From contig NC_086108.1 of NCBI RefSeq assembly GCF_963921235.1, positions 102,860,001 through 102,924,000 on the forward strand: a stretch of 64,000 bases of DNA, read 5' to 3'. The notes below the pieces were generated by a model that was not told the origin of the DNA, ran no database searches, and saw only the letters and a program-made list of their open reading frames with translations. Position numbers and translations under genes: made by a program. This DNA comes from Mobula hypostoma (Eukaryota). Below are positions 37,700-50,996 of the stretch, piece by piece; the first letter of the stretch is position 1, and each line of letters opens with the position of its first letter.

Positions 37700-38745
37700 C
37701 CATCCCCTCCTAACTCCTTACTCTGTCTCCATCCCCCACCCACCCACTTACCCCCTCACCTGATTTCAACTATCACCTGCCAGTTTGTACTGATTCCCTT
37801 CGCCCCAACTTCTCACTGTGGATTCTTCCCATTTCCTTTACAGTCCTGATGAAGGGTCTTGGCCCAAAACATTAACTGTTTATTCCCAGACAACACACAC
37901 AAAATGCTGGAGGAATTCAGCAGGTCAGGCAGCAACTAAGGAAAGGGAAACAATTTTGACATTTGAGATCCTTCTTCTAGACTGGAAAAGAAGGGGGAAG
38001 AATAAAAAGATGGGGGGAGTGGAAGGAGGACCAGTTGGAAGGTGACAGGTAAAGCCAGGTGGGTAGGAAAGGTAAAAGGCTGGTAAGAAAGGAATCTGAT
38101 AGGAGAGAAGAGTGGACCATAGGAGAAAGGGAAGGAGGAGGGGACCCGAGGGGAGTTGGTAGGCAAGTGAGAAGAGTTAAGGGGCCAGAGTGGGGAATTG
38201 AAGAGGGGAGGGAATTTTTTTTTTACCGGAAGGAGAAATCAATATTCATGCCATCAGGTTGGAGGCTACCCAGACAGAATATAACGTGTTGCTCCTCCAC
38301 CCTGAGGGTGGCCTCATCTTGGCACAAGAGGTGGCCATGGATTGACATGTCGAAATGGAAATAGGAATTGGAATTAAAATGTTTGGCCACCAGAAAGTTC
38401 CCCTTTCGGCAGATGGAGCGGAAGTGCTTGACAAAGTGGCTCTCCTAATTTATAACATGTCTCAGCATTGTAGAGGAGGCCATATCAGGAGCACCAGATA
38501 CAGTAAATGACCCCAGCAGATTCACAGGTGAAGTGTCGCCTTACCTGGAAGGACTGTTTGGGACCCTGAATGGGGTTGAGGGGGGAGGTAAATGGGCAGG
38601 TGTAGCACTTTGCACACTTGCAGGAATAAGTACCGGGAGGGGTATTAGTGGGGAGGGATGAAGGGACAAAGGAATCATGGAGTAAGCGATGCCAGTGCAG
38701 AGCAGAGATATGGGGCGCAGTAAAGATGTGCTTGGTGGTAGTTGC
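37700..38745 (-). mobile_element. Penelope-like element 3' part with GIY-YIG endonuclease remnant, plus an opposed terminal copy (37700-37887, +)
   Basis: HFTCESAGVIYCIWCS (ORF 38485-38754); another frame reads EHFRSIC...VAKHFN...EEQHVIFCLGSLQPDGMNIDFS; pyrimidine-rich 3' UTR and terminal repeat. Confidence 0.85.
37842..37878 (+). ncRNA. Decayed hammerhead motif
   Basis: AGTC CTGATGA A GGGTCTTGGCCC AAAA CATT AACT; departures from other copies fall at CpG sites. Confidence 0.5.
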
Positions 38746-40941
38746 AACACACATCGGTAAGCCAGCCAGAAAATGCTCTTTTTATTCCCACTCTTTCCCT
38801 CTTCCCAATCAACCATTGTTTTATCCATGCTAGAATCTTCCCTGTAATACCAAGGGGCTCATAACTTGTTAAGCAGCCTCATGTGTGGCACATTGTCAAA
38901 GGCCTTCTGAAAATCCATGTACACAACATCAACCGACTCTCCTTTGTCTATCTTGCTTATTATATCATCAAGGAATTCTAAAGGATTTGTCAGGCAAGAT
39001 TTTCCCTTGAGGAAACCATGCTGACAATGGCCTATTTTATCATATGCCTCCAAGTAGCCTGAGACCTCATCCTTAATAGACGACTCCAGCATCTTCCCAA
39101 CCACTAAGGTCAGACTAACTGGCTTATAGTTTCCTTTCTTCTACTTCTCTCCTTTCTTGAAGAGTGGAGTGACATTTGCAATTTTCCACTCTTACAGAAG
39201 CAATCCAGCATCTACTGATTCTTGAAAGATTATTACTAATGCCCCCACAATCTCTTCAGCCACCTCTTTCAAAACCCTGGGGTGTACACCATCTGGTCCA
39301 GGTGATTTATCTACCTTCAGACCTTTCAGTTTCCAAGAACCTTCTCTCTTGTTATGGCAACTTCACATACTTCATGACCCCTGACACCTGAAACTTACAA
39401 CATACTGCTAGTGTCTTCCACTGTGAAGACTGATGCAAAATACTTATTCAGGTCATCCGCCATTTCCTTGTTCCCCATTACTACCTCTCCAGCATCATAT
39501 TTCAGTAGTCTGATAATCACTCTCGCCTCTCTTTTACACTTATGTACCAGAAAAAACTTTTGATATCCTCTTTAATGTTATTGCCCAATTTACTTGTGTA
39601 TTCCATCTTTACCTTCTTAATGACTTTTTAGTTGCCTTTTGTTGGTACCTAAAAGCTTCCCAATCCTTTAACTTCCTTCTAATTTTTGCTCTATTATATG
39701 CCCTCTCTTTGGCTTTTGTGTTGGCTTTGTCTTCTCTTATTAGCCACGGTTGTGTTATCTTTCCTTTAGAGTACTTCTTCCCCTTTGGGATGTATATATC
39801 CTGTGCCTTCTGAATTCCTTCCAAAAATTCCAGCCATTGCTGCTCGGTCATCATCCCTGCTAGTATTCTTTTCCAATCAGTTCTGCCCAACCCCTCTTTT
39901 GTGCCTCTGTAATCCCCTTCACTCCACTGTAATATCGATACATCTGACTTCAGCTTCTCCTACTCAAATTTCAGGGTGAATGATCACTTGCCCCTCAGGG
40001 TACTTTTACCTGAAGCTCTCTAATCAATTCTGGTTCTTGCACAGAACCTGATCCAGAGTAAGTGATCCTGTAGGTGGGTTCAACCATGAGCTGCTCTAAA
40101 AGCCATCTCGTCAGCACCCTACACATTCCCCCTCCTGTAATCCAGCACCAACACGATTTTCCCAATCTGCCTGAATGTTGAAGTCCCCCATGACTATTAT
40201 AACATTGTCCTTTTGGCATGCATTTGCAATCCCCCTTGTACTGTTTGGGGGTTTGTATACAACTCTCGTTAGGGTTTTTCTTACTTAGCTCTATCCACAA
40301 TGATTCAACACCTTCCGACCCTACATCACCTCTTTCTAATGATTTGATTTCATTTTTTTTACCAACAGAGCAACGGCACCCTCTCTGCCTTCCTACCTAT
40401 CCTTTCGATACAATGTGTATCCCTGGACATTAAGCTCCCAGCTATAACCTTTCAGCTGTGATTCAGTGAGGCCTACAACATCATACCTGTCAATCTGCAA
40501 CAGTGCTGCAAATTCATCTATTTTATTCCATATACCGTGCACATTCAGATACAACACTTTCAGACCGGTATTCGCCCTTTTGATTTTGTTGCACTTTGCT
40601 CAGCTTTCTGATTCCCGACTTTGTCTGAGGCCTTAACCAGCATCTGCCTCCACTACCTCTCCACTAACTGCTCTGGCATTCTGTTTCTCATCCCTCTGTA
40701 ACTCTTGTTCGAACCCCACCATGCAGCATTAACAAATCTTCCCACTCGGATATTAGTCCCCCTCCAGTTCAGGTACAAACTGTCCCTTCTGTACAGGACC
40801 CACCTTCCCTGGAAGAAGGACAATGTTCCAAAAATCTTATGTCCTCCCTCCTACACTAATTCCTTTGCCATGTATTAAACTGTGTAATCTTCCTAGTTCT
40901 GACCTCACTACCATGTGGGCACGGGTAACAATCCTGAGTTC

Positions 40942-40993
40942 ACAACCCTGGAGTTCCTGCCTTTTAACAACCCTGGAGTTCCTGCCTTTTAAC
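40942..40993. repeat. Perfect 25-bp tandem duplication
   Basis: acaaccctggagttcctgcctttta x2. Confidence 0.9.
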
Positions 40994-41388
40994 TTAGCAC
41001 CTAACTCCCTGAATTCTCTATGTAGAACCTCAACACTTGTCCTGCCCATGTCATTGGTACCTACAAGGGCCACAACTTTTGGTTGTTCACTCTCTCACTG
41101 AAGAATGCTGTGGACTCGATCCGAGATATCCCGGACTCTGGCACTCGGGATGCAACATACCATCCAGGAATCTCGTTCTCACCCACAGAACCTCTTGTCC
41201 TTTCCCCTAACTAACAAATACCCCATCACCACAGTGTGCCTCTTCTCCCCTTCCCTTCTGAGTCACAGAGGCAGACTCAGTGCCCGAGACCCAACCACTG
41301 TGACTTTCCTCTCTTAGGTAATTCCCCCAACTGTATCCAAAGTGATATTCCTGTTGTTGAGGGGAGTGAACACAGGGGTACTCTACAC

Positions 41389-42141
41389 CAGTGGTCCCCA
41401 ACCACCAGGCCGCAAAGCATGTGCTACCGGGCCGCAAGGAAACGATATGAGTCAGCTGCACCTTTTCCTCATTCCCTGTCACGCACTGTTGAACTTGAAC
41501 ATAGGGTTGCCAACTGTCCCATATTTGCTGGGACATCCCATATATTGGGCTAAATTGATTTGTCCCATATGGGACCGCCCTTCTCCTGTATTTCCTCTGT
41601 TAAGGTAGAGCGTTCCTGTGAAGCCTTTCGTGCTGAAATGGCATGAAGCAAAGAAGCAATTACCATTAATTTATATGGGAAAAATTTTTGAACGTTCCCA
41701 GACCCAAAAAATAACCTAACAAATCATACCAAATAACACATAAAACCTGAAGTAACATTAACATATAGTAAAAGCAGGAATGATATGGTAAATACACAGC
41801 CTATATAAAGTAGAAATAATGTATGTACAGTATAGTCGGAAAGATTAAAGCAAAACCGATTTGCGCGTCCATATGCGCACGTCACACATGCGCACGCAGG
41901 TGCCTGCACAAGGCTTCATGGTCATGGTAGTCTTTCTCAGGTAAACGTAAGTGTCCCGGGATTTGACTGCTACTTTTGTCCCTTATTTGGGAGTGAGAAA
42001 GTTGGCAATCCTAACTGTAAAAGACATATTGAGGTGAGTTTAACCCTACTTGAGCACGCCCTCCCCTCCCAGTCGGCCGGTCCGCAAGAATATTGTCAAT
42101 ATTAAACTGGTCCACAGTGCAAAATAGGTTGGGGACCCCTG
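41389..42141. mobile_element. Non-autonomous hAT/Charlie-type DNA transposon
   Basis: TIRs CAGTGGTCCCCAACC / GGTTGGGGACCCCTG; 8-bp TSD CTCTACAC / GTCTACAC. Confidence 0.9.
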
Positions 42142-42289
42142 GTCTACACTGGTTCCTTAACCCCTTTGCCGTTCCTGACTACACCCAGTTTCTTGTGTCC
42201 TGCACCTTGGCTGTAACAACCTTTCTCTGTGTCCTATCTATCACCCCTTCAGCCTCCCGAATGATCCAGAGTTCATCCAGGAAGCATAA

Positions 42290-44265
42290 GGTGGCCAGTC
42301 TCTGTGTTTCTACCCTAGTTTTCTGGATGAAGCCTGAGGGATGAAATAGTCCTGTCAAAATTCTCCATTGGAACCATCTTTTACCTCGAGGGCAGGAAGT
42401 ACTTGTTGACCCAAAGCCTACACCTAGTCGTCGTCATCGTCGTGGCTATCCCTGGAGGTCGAGGATGATGGTCTTCGTTCTGAAGAAGTGGCCCACAGAG
42501 TGAAGACGCCTGTGCGTGTATTTGTTTAACGTGTACTTGATGTTGCACTCCAAGAAGCACTCGATACTTCACAAATCAACCAACTGATTCCAATGGCATG
42601 GAAACCACGACGATTGGAGCTGATGGATTTGTTGCAGCCTTCATCTGCCTTCACAGCCATTGAGTTTGAAGTAACTTCGTCCGCCTGTTCCATCGTTGAG
42701 GTCTTGGTTGGACTGTACTTTGTCAGGGACTTCACCCTCGACCTTACCGCCATGGGTAACCCTACCAGGAGCATAGCTCCAGGAGGCATTGCTCTCGGGA
42801 TCACAGGACCACACAAGCTTCTCCACCACGACAAGGTGACAATCCATGGTGAAGACACCTACTAGAAGAGCTCTGTGTAGAAGAAGAAGAACAGAAAGGC
42901 AACAAGCTGAATATAATGTGATTATAATCAGACTCGAAGAGGAACTGACCACTGAATACTGTACAGCCTCAGAGGATGAGGAAATGGGAGTGTGGTATGC
43001 TTTACCTTATGCAAACTCCCCAAGAATTGATGAAGAGATTTCTGAAACTCCCAGCTCCAAATTAGATATAGCAAGAAAGGCTACCAATGGACAGTCGGAT
43101 GTGATAATAGACAGTGAGGGGAAACTGGGCTCCAATATAAATAGGGGATGAAGCTAAGTTCAGTCAGGTGGTAGGGGCACCTGAGTCGCTGGAAAATATG
43201 AGTGATAGACGAGGGAGACGTCCCTTAGTAGACAGGAATGGCCTCAAAGAGAAGCTGAAGATGAGATAAGATGGTCTTAGAGAGTCAGAAAACCCCCAGA
43301 TAGGCTAGCTAGGGAAACAGAGGGATGCATCCATCCCCATAGTGAGATATGTTACTTCCATTTACATATGGATTGAGGGTCCTGAAATCATAAAATTCAT
43401 CTGAATACTGTGTTATTAATAATGGTTTAATAAGTTCCAAAGTCATGAGGGCATGACTATTTTTGGTGGGGGAAGAATGTAATGCCCTGGTTAAGATTTC
43501 TACTGCTATGCTGCGAGGTAATTTTATTTTAGCAGATTTCTGCAAACGCAGTGTGTCCTGCCAGTAAGAGTGCTTTGTCTTCGGCGAAAGATAAGGAGCC
43601 ATGTTGTCCAACTTGGGAACATTGTGTGAGCTATCCAGGGTTGTCTTGGTACGTTTTGTAAATTTCTGCCCAGTGGGATGCTAGGGAAGATTCGAGAAAG
43701 CTGGGTGGGATCAGATTTTTGAAAGACAGTTGTCTGGTTTGGGATCTTTTGGCGGGTGGTGTGGAGAGAAGAGCACTAAGGAAGATCCCACCTAAAGGGG
43801 AGTCCCTATTGCAAGGAGTGCTTTGTGAGATGAAGGATTCAAAGAAGGGAAGTTCTGCTTGTGTTTGGTGATGTGAGTTCAGCACCGTGAGTAAAGTGAT
43901 ACACCCAACTACTACAGAAACAAGCTCCAATGTGCACATATGGACTGGATTAACTGTAATGGGCCCTTCTTAATCTTTCTTTTCTTTTCCTGTTAACTGT
44001 TTGATAAAGTTGAAAATTTGGTAAATACACCTTCTTCATAATTTTATGAAGAACAATCTGTTATTTCTTGGCAACTGATAATTGTGTATGGGGCAGTACT
44101 TACACAGCATCCTCTATCAGTGTTCCTTAATTGGAGCATCCTAACTTTCCCATTTGGTTAAATCTGAATTATACCGACCTTTGATGTGTTACTAACGGAA
44201 GGTGACCTTTTCACCACTGAGTCACTGGTGGTTAGGTCGTCAATGGCCAGTGAGAGAGTTGCACA
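42290..44265 (+). mobile_element. Gypsy 3' part: integrase C-terminal remnant, polypurine tract (PPT) and 3' LTR (~43478-44265)
   Basis: MKPEG*NSPVKILHWNHLLP at ~42327-42385; RVRKPPDRLA at ~43280; PPT ggtgggggaagaa then TGTAATG; ends ttgcaca. Confidence 0.7.
42427..42854 (-). mobile_element. RTE (Rex3/Expander-like) non-autonomous short element
   Basis: TSD ACACCTA at 42420-42426 and 42855-42861; (GAC)n tail; 5' caccttgtcgtggtgg...cctggtagggttacccatggc. Confidence 0.8.
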
Positions 44266-44442
44266 TAATATGCTGAAGGAGCTCAGCAGATCAGGCAGCA
44301 TCTATGGAGGGAAATGAAGTGTCTCAGCTTGAGACATTGACTGTCCATTCCCCTCCATTGATTGTGCCTGATCTGCTGAGTTCCTCCAACACTTTGTGTG
44401 TGTTGCTCAAGATTTCCAGCATCTGCAGAATCTCTTGCGTTT
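44266..44442. mobile_element. Palindromic Penelope-derived terminal element
   Basis: ctcagcagatcaggca / tgcctgatctgctgag inverted arms. Confidence 0.75.
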
Positions 44443-44809
44443 CGCTTTTATTTGTCACACGTACATTGAAACATCAAAATATGCACAGTAAAATACATAC
44501 AGATATGTCATTTGCATCAACAGCCAACACAGTCTGAGGATGTGTGGCAAGAACTGAGCCCCAATCAGTGATCGCTGCCATTGTAAAGTGTCACGCTAAG
44601 CTCACAAGTCAGCCATAGGCATTTAAAATTCATCCTGTATCTTAGGTGGGGCTTTAAACTAGTCCACAAATTTCCATAAAACTCTCACAGTCATTTAAAG
44701 TTCAAAGAGTGTGTTAGGTGGGGCCTTTAAAATAGTGCAAATTGTTGGACATGCATCCAGAAGAGACTGCAGAAATCAGGAGGGATTCAGCTCGCCAAAG
44801 CCATCCAGT

Positions 44810-44962
44810 TGCAACACACACCAAATGCAGGTCAGACAGCATCTATGAAGGGAAATAACGTGACACAGACTGTCCATTTCCCTCCATAGATGCTGCTGAG
44901 TTCCTCCAACACTTTGTGTATGTTGTTCAAGATTTCCAGCATCTGTAGAATCTCTTGTCTCT
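44810..44962. mobile_element. Palindromic Penelope-derived terminal element
   Basis: cagcatctatgaagggaaat / atttccctccatagatgctg inverted arms. Confidence 0.72.
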
Positions 44963-45494
44963 GTTGCAACACAGATACATTGAAGTCTCTATACAGCAAC
45001 ATATCTCTTCATAATCCACCTCCTTGAACACTCTTCCTATAATTCATTCTGACATCTCAGCCATAAGTAACTCATCTATTTCTGATCATTTCATTGCCTG
45101 AGAACCAAAGTATAACACTCTGAAACTCTGAGCCTTGCTGTGTAACGGTCAACAAAAAGAAACGATAGCCAATTACTGAATGGCAGCACAGTACTGTAAC
45201 AGTTAGCATAATGCTGTCTGTAAGGAGTTTGTACATTCTCCCTGTGACCATGTGGGTTTCCTTTGAGTGCTCTGGTTTCCTCCCACATTCTAAAGATGTT
45301 AAGGTTAAGGTTAGTCAGTCGCGGGCATGTGATATTGACACTGGAATCGTGACAACACTTGTGGGCTTCCCAGCAAATCTTCGCTGATTTGATTTGATGC
45401 AAACAATACATTCTTCTTTGTGTTTCGATAGACACATGACAAATAAAGCTGATCTGATTAGTTTCTGTTTGCCACATATACATTGAAACATATA

Positions 45495-45825
45495 TCACTC
45501 ACCTCAACTCTGAGCTGATTCCATAACCGCTGGACTAACTTTCAAGGTTTCTACAACTTGTTCTCAATATTATTTATGTATGTATGTATGTATCTATCTA
45601 TCTATCTATTTATTTGGAGGGTTATTGGTATTTGCAAAATTTGTCTTCTTTTGCAAATTGGTTTTATGTCATCCTTTGTGTGTAGTTTTTCATGGAGTCT
45701 ATTACAATTTTTTTGTTCTGCTGAGAACGCCTGTAAGAAAATGAATCTCAGGGTAGAAAATGGTGACATACTGTATATGTAATTTGATAATAAATTTACT
45801 TTTAATTTGAAGTCTGAACTTTTCA
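45495..45825 (+). mobile_element. Rex1-type LINE 3' UTR
   Basis: aagaaaatgaatctcagggt...tttgataataaatttactt. Confidence 0.75.
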
Positions 45826-46121
45826 ATATTGTTCATCTTGTCCACAAGTAAGCCACAATATTTTAGAGTTCATCCCTATGTTTCAATGAGGCTTTCTATC
45901 AAATAGACGTTAATAAATACCAACTGTTTATTCCTCTCTTGGTGCTGCCATACCTGCTGAGTACCTCCAGCATCTTGTGTGTGTTCCTCTGGATTTCCAG
46001 CATCTGCAGGATCTCTTGTCTCTATAAACAGAGTCAGGGTTGTCAGAACAGTGAGATTTTAAAGATTTGTTCAAGGCAACTCTCAATAGTAAAATGTATA
46101 TTTTAATTTTAATTCCTTTAA

Positions 46122-46510
46122 CTTTGGGTGGGAGGACAGAGATACCTCTCTACCAAAGGAGGTGTAAGGCGCTTCTTCCCTCGCAAGCCTGCAGGTCACC
46201 CTTGGGCAAGGTGTAGCACCTGCTTAGTCCTCCGATCAGGGTCACATGAAGCCATGGAAGCAGGTAGTGGATGGTCGTATGAGCAGCTGGTACATATCAC
46301 AAATCCTGGTTATGCATCCACTGATGCCAGGCAGCCAATCTCTGAAGAGTATTGATAATGTCTGCGGCCACCCTTCTTGTAAAGGCACTGGCTGGAAGAA
46401 GGCAATGGCAAACCACTTCTGTAGAAAAATTTGCCAAGAATAATCATGGTCATGAAGACCATGATCACTCACATCATACAACATGGCACATAATAATGAT
46501 GATGTTGATG
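46122..46510 (+). mobile_element. RTE-related SINE (second copy at 58895-59272)
   Basis: ggcaatggcaaaccac RTE/BovB-like motif, (ATG)n tail; the two copies are collinear. Confidence 0.7.
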
Positions 46511-46669
46511 GTTAACTTTAAATGGATGTGTTACTAATGGAAATAGGACAGCAACCACTGTATTGTACCTTTACTTGTGTAAATGGTTTTGAATAAGAGT
46601 TAGCAGTGGAGCTAGGAAGTACGGTGAAGGAGGAACCAGAGGCAAGGAGGGACAAGTTATCTCTAAACA

Positions 46670-46790
46670 GATGCAGATGCTGGAAATCCAGAGCAAAACA
46701 CCCAAAATGCTGAAGGAACTCAGCAGGTCAGGCAGCATCTGTGGAAAGGAATAAAGAGTCAACGTTTTGGGCTGAGACCCTTTGACTCTT
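46670..46790 (-). mobile_element. Penelope-derived terminal fragment
   Basis: tgcagatgctggaaatcc...gtcaacgttttgggctgagaccc. Confidence 0.75.
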
Positions 46791-46844
46791 CAGCTCTAAA
46801 CAGTGTAGAAAGATATGGTTTAAGAAAGATAGTTCACAGAAGAT

Positions 46845-47237
46845 AGATTGAGCAAGGAGGATGAGAGGTGACTTGATAGAAGTGTACAAGGTAAAAAGAG
46901 GCATTGATTGAGTGGACAGGCAGAGGCATTTTCCAAGGGCAGAAATCGATAATGCAAGGGGGTATAATTTGGAAGCGGTTGGAGGGAAGTATAGGGGGGA
47001 TGCCAGAGATCATTTTTTCACACAGAGATTGGTGGAAGGGATGGTGGCGGAAGGGATGGTGGCAGAAGTCAACACATCAGGGACATTTAAGACGTTTTTA
47101 GACAGGCACATGGATGGTAGAAAAATGGAGGGTTATGTCAGAGGGAAGGGTGATATCGATCTTAGAGTAGGTTAAAAGGTCAGCACAGCATTGTGGGCCA
47201 TTAGGCCTGTACTGTGCTGTAATATTCTATGTTCTAT
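46845..47237 (+). mobile_element. CR1 3' fragment
   Basis: HFPRAE...FFTQR; ttctatgttcta tail. Confidence 0.8.
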
Positions 47238-47370
47238 CTTCACAAAGAGCTGAAGGTGGATCTGAACTAACTGCCCACTCTTCCAAAGATAATGAAGAGG
47301 CAAGTGACCCTCTTGTGACCTCCTAGGTAACTGAGCTGGTGAGTCCGGAATTCGAGGTTTTGGATTTCGG

Positions 47371-50142
47371 TGTTGTGCCTGTGCAACTACATATCAATTA
47401 AATAAAAGCACACACCCAGGAGATGGCTTTAACTGGCGCATGCACATTGCAGAGAGCAAGAGAGAGAGGGAACAATGCATATGCATAGACAACAGATCAT
47501 CGCTCTAAAAGAAATAGATCCATACATTACACTTCCTTCCTCCTTTAGATTACTGTAATATAAAACTGTATAAGTACAAAGCATTCAATTTCCCTTTCAC
47601 AAACATATTCCAAATAAACATGCTTTCACAATTAAGTAACTTACTATACTAAAGGTTCAGTCTTTTGGGTGACACTCTGTTTCTTTCAGGAAAGGGAAAT
47701 AGAATGTTTTGTACATATAGAGCTTTACATTATATTAAGCTAAAGGAAGAGAAAACTTAAAGTATGGATCTATTTCTTTTGGAGCAATGACTCCCCTTAG
47801 CACTACATATGACCTGTTGTCTATGCACGCATGTTGAACTGTTGTGTTCAGCTTCCATATGTCACATTCAACTTCAGTTTGCCTTTGGGAGACACTTTTT
47901 CACCTGTGTAAGTCTTTAGCATCACTGAAGTTTTTTCTAATGGTATCTATTGTAGTCAATCTCTAAAATTATAGGCAAAGCTGGCCCTGTATCTAGATCC
48001 ATTTTCAGTTTTACACCAGAAGCATCTATTATGATTTTGTGTTCTGTTTCAGTAATACTATGCAGTTCTGGACTTGACAGCTCACATTTGTCAGACTCTA
48101 TGTTGTCTGGCTCTGTTTCATATTTTGTTACTTTATGCATTTGCTTAATGTTGTATTTGAAATATTTCACTTTGTTGTGCTTTTTGTCTGCCTCGCACAC
48201 TCTCTCAACGTGACACTTTCTACAAACTTTTCCTTGAAGCAACAGTCGTTTACGTCATGGGAGGATTTGCCACATCAGTAATATCTTTGGCTTTTTGCAC
48301 CACCCAGGGTCATATTGTGCATTTCACACTCTAATCTCCTTTTCTGTAGTTCTGCTGCATCCTTTACTGCAGTCCCTAACAGTATTGCAATCGCCAGTGC
48401 CTGGTCTAAGGTTAGGTCTCTTTCGAATGGTAGCCTCTTTTGAGTGCTTTGACTATGCATGCCACGTACAAGCCTGTCCCTTAATGCATCAGAGTCCATC
48501 TCTAAAGTCACAGTACTGGAAAAGTTTGCACAGCTCTGCAATGTATTCAGAAATGCTTTTATCCTTTGACTGGTTCTGTTTGTAAAATCTAAATCTCTCA
48601 GCTATTACCAGCAGTTTGGGGCTCAAGTGATTCTGTAAAATAGTAACAATTTGTTGAAAGACTTCCTTGCTGGGTTTTCAGGGGTTACGAAGTTGTGTAA
48701 GAGACTATAGGTCCTGGCTAAGAAGTGTGGGGGCTTTCTTCTGTTCCTCCACATTGCTTCATAACATAACAGTTCCACCCCCTCGATATATGACTCCCAG
48801 TCTTCATAAGCACTATCAAATTCATCAACTTTCCTGAATGGAGCCATTGCCACTTTATTTTCACTTTAACCAGGCTGGAATCACATCTTGCACTGTATTC
48901 TATGCAGTGTACTCACATGTCCCTTTGTTAGCGTCCATGATGGCCTTCTCAACACTGTTTAACTCTCACTGTTTTGCCCCGTAATTCACGGTACAGTTAA
49001 CATAGAAACATAGAAAACCTACAGCACAATACAGGCTCTTCGGCCCACAATACCATACCAAACATGTACTTACTTCAGAAATTACCAACCCATAACCCTC
49101 TATTTTTCTAAGCTCCATGTACCTATCCAAGAGTCTCTTAAAAGACCCTATCGTATCTGCCTCCAGCACCATCGCTGGCAGCCCATTCCACACACTCACC
49201 ACTCTCTGCGTAAAAACTTACCCCTGACATCTCCTCTGTACCTACTTCCAAGCACCTTAAAACTGTGCCCTCTCGTGGTAGCCATTTCAGCCCTGGGAAA
49301 AAGCCTCTGACTATAGAACATAGAACAGTACAGGCCCTTTGACCCACATTGTTGTGCCAACCCTCAAACCCTGCCTCCCATATGACCCCCACACCTTAAA
49401 TCCCTCCATATACCTGTCTAGTAGTCGCTTAAATTTCACTAGTGCATCTGCCTCCACCACTGACTCAGGCAGTGCATCCCACGCACCAACCACTCTCTGA
49501 GTAAAAAACCTTCTTCTAATATCCCCCTTGAACTTCCCACCCCTTACCTTAAAGCCATGTCCCGTTGTATTGAGCAGTGGTGCCCTGGGGAAGAGGCGCT
49601 GGCTATCCACTCTATCTATTCCTCTTATTATCTTGTACACCTCTATCATGTCTCCTCTCATCCTTCTCCTCTCCGAAGAGTAAAGCCCTAGCTCCCTTAT
49701 TCTCTGATCATAATCCATACTCTCTAAACCAGGCAGCATCCTGTAAATCTCCTCTGTACTCTTTCCAATGCTTCTACATCCTTCCTATAGTGAGGCGACC
49801 AGAACTGGACACAGTACTCCAAGTGTGGCCTAACCAGAGTTTTATAGAGCTGCATCATTATATCGCGACTCATAAACTCTACCCATCGACTTATGAAAGC
49901 TAACACCCCATAAGCTATCCACACCATCAGTGCCCCTCATCATCTTATACACCTGTAAGATGTGTGGCAGTTGGTGATACTCTCTGACATTCAGGTCCGT
50001 ACTCATCGCCAATTTGTTGTGTCTGTGAAACAACATGTCAATTAGGTAAAAGCATGCAATGGGAGATAAGACAACAGATCATACATAGTGCTAAGGGGAG
50101 TCATTGCTGTAAAAGAAATAGATCCATACATTTGGGATTACA
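47371..50142 (-). mobile_element. Internally deleted Gypsy element with two diverged LTRs (47371-47531, 50015-50142)
   Basis: LTRs share tgttgtgYctgtg and taaaagaaatagatccatacatt; PPT aaaggaggaaggaag; PBS-like TGGCGATGAG (50002-50011, tRNA-Ser-like); gag DEFDSAYEDWESYIE; protease LDTG. Confidence 0.82.
49000..49955 (-). mobile_element. Two nested CR1 3' fragments
   Basis: ORFs 48966-49202, 49311-49739, 49724-49927; two tails at ~49000 and ~49312. Confidence 0.88.
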
Positions 50143-50698
50143 TCATCGGCTAGTCCTAGGGTCGATACTGAAGACTGAAGCTTGAAGGTTAATCGGATGT
50201 TGGAAGTTGAAGCCCACAGGATGAATCCCTCGGCCTACGAGTTCAACATCCACTAGGCAGGTCAGAGGCCCGTTGTCAGCGAGTGGCTGAGCCCACTGGA
50301 GGCTGAAGGCCCAGACACGTGTCTTGTGGTTAGAGGATATTCTATGTGTGTGAGCAGGTGGGAGGGAGGAGCTTGAATTTGTCTTGCTGCTGTTCTGTTG
50401 CTTGTTGTGTTCTGTGTTGCTTTGCTGAGAATTGTGGGCATGCTGTGTTGGCACCAGAATGTGTGGCAACACTTGGGGACTGCCCTCTGCACGTCCCTTG
50501 GTTGTGTGAACACAAATGATGCATTTCACTGTATGCATTTGATGTACATATGATAAATAAACCTGAATATGAATCTGGTTAATTTAGGGAACCCTGCACT
50601 AAAGTTAAAATCATTCCACATAATGAGTCAACTTTCCTATTGTCTTTGAACACCAGCAGTTCAAAGCTCAAAGTAAATTTATTATCAAACTATGTATG

Positions 50699-50927
50699 TG
50701 AAGCACCTTCAATTACTCCAAAAGACTGAGGTTTGGTAAAATACTGAAAGGCTTTTATTCGCTGTACAATACGACCTCCACAGTGAGTGTCTGCCCCCGG
50801 ACTGAGGGGGAGGGGCAAGGCGAACACCTTTATACAGGACTCTGTGGGAGGAGCCACAGGGGCAGTCAGCAGAGGGGTGTGTCCAGACAGGTAACCCAGT
50901 TACAACATATATACATGGTTTACCACA
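50699..50927 (-). repeat. 3' LTR (229 bp)
   Basis: TGTGGTAAAC...GGTGCTTCA, preceded by PPT aaaaaaaatgaggggtgaa (50928-50946). Confidence 0.96.
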
Positions 50928-50996
50928 TTCACCCCTCATTTTTTTTAAAAGAGTCCCACGGGGTGAAGTGACTGACAATATCTAAAACAAGTATAT

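Larger units (their letters stand above)
38750..42280 (-). mobile_element. CR1 LINE 5' two-thirds (ORF1 esterase, endonuclease, part of RT), degenerate
   Basis: ORF1 SGNH-like LVGTND (40837-41073); RT QHGFLKGKSCLTN...YMDFQKAFD (38859-39104). Confidence 0.88.
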
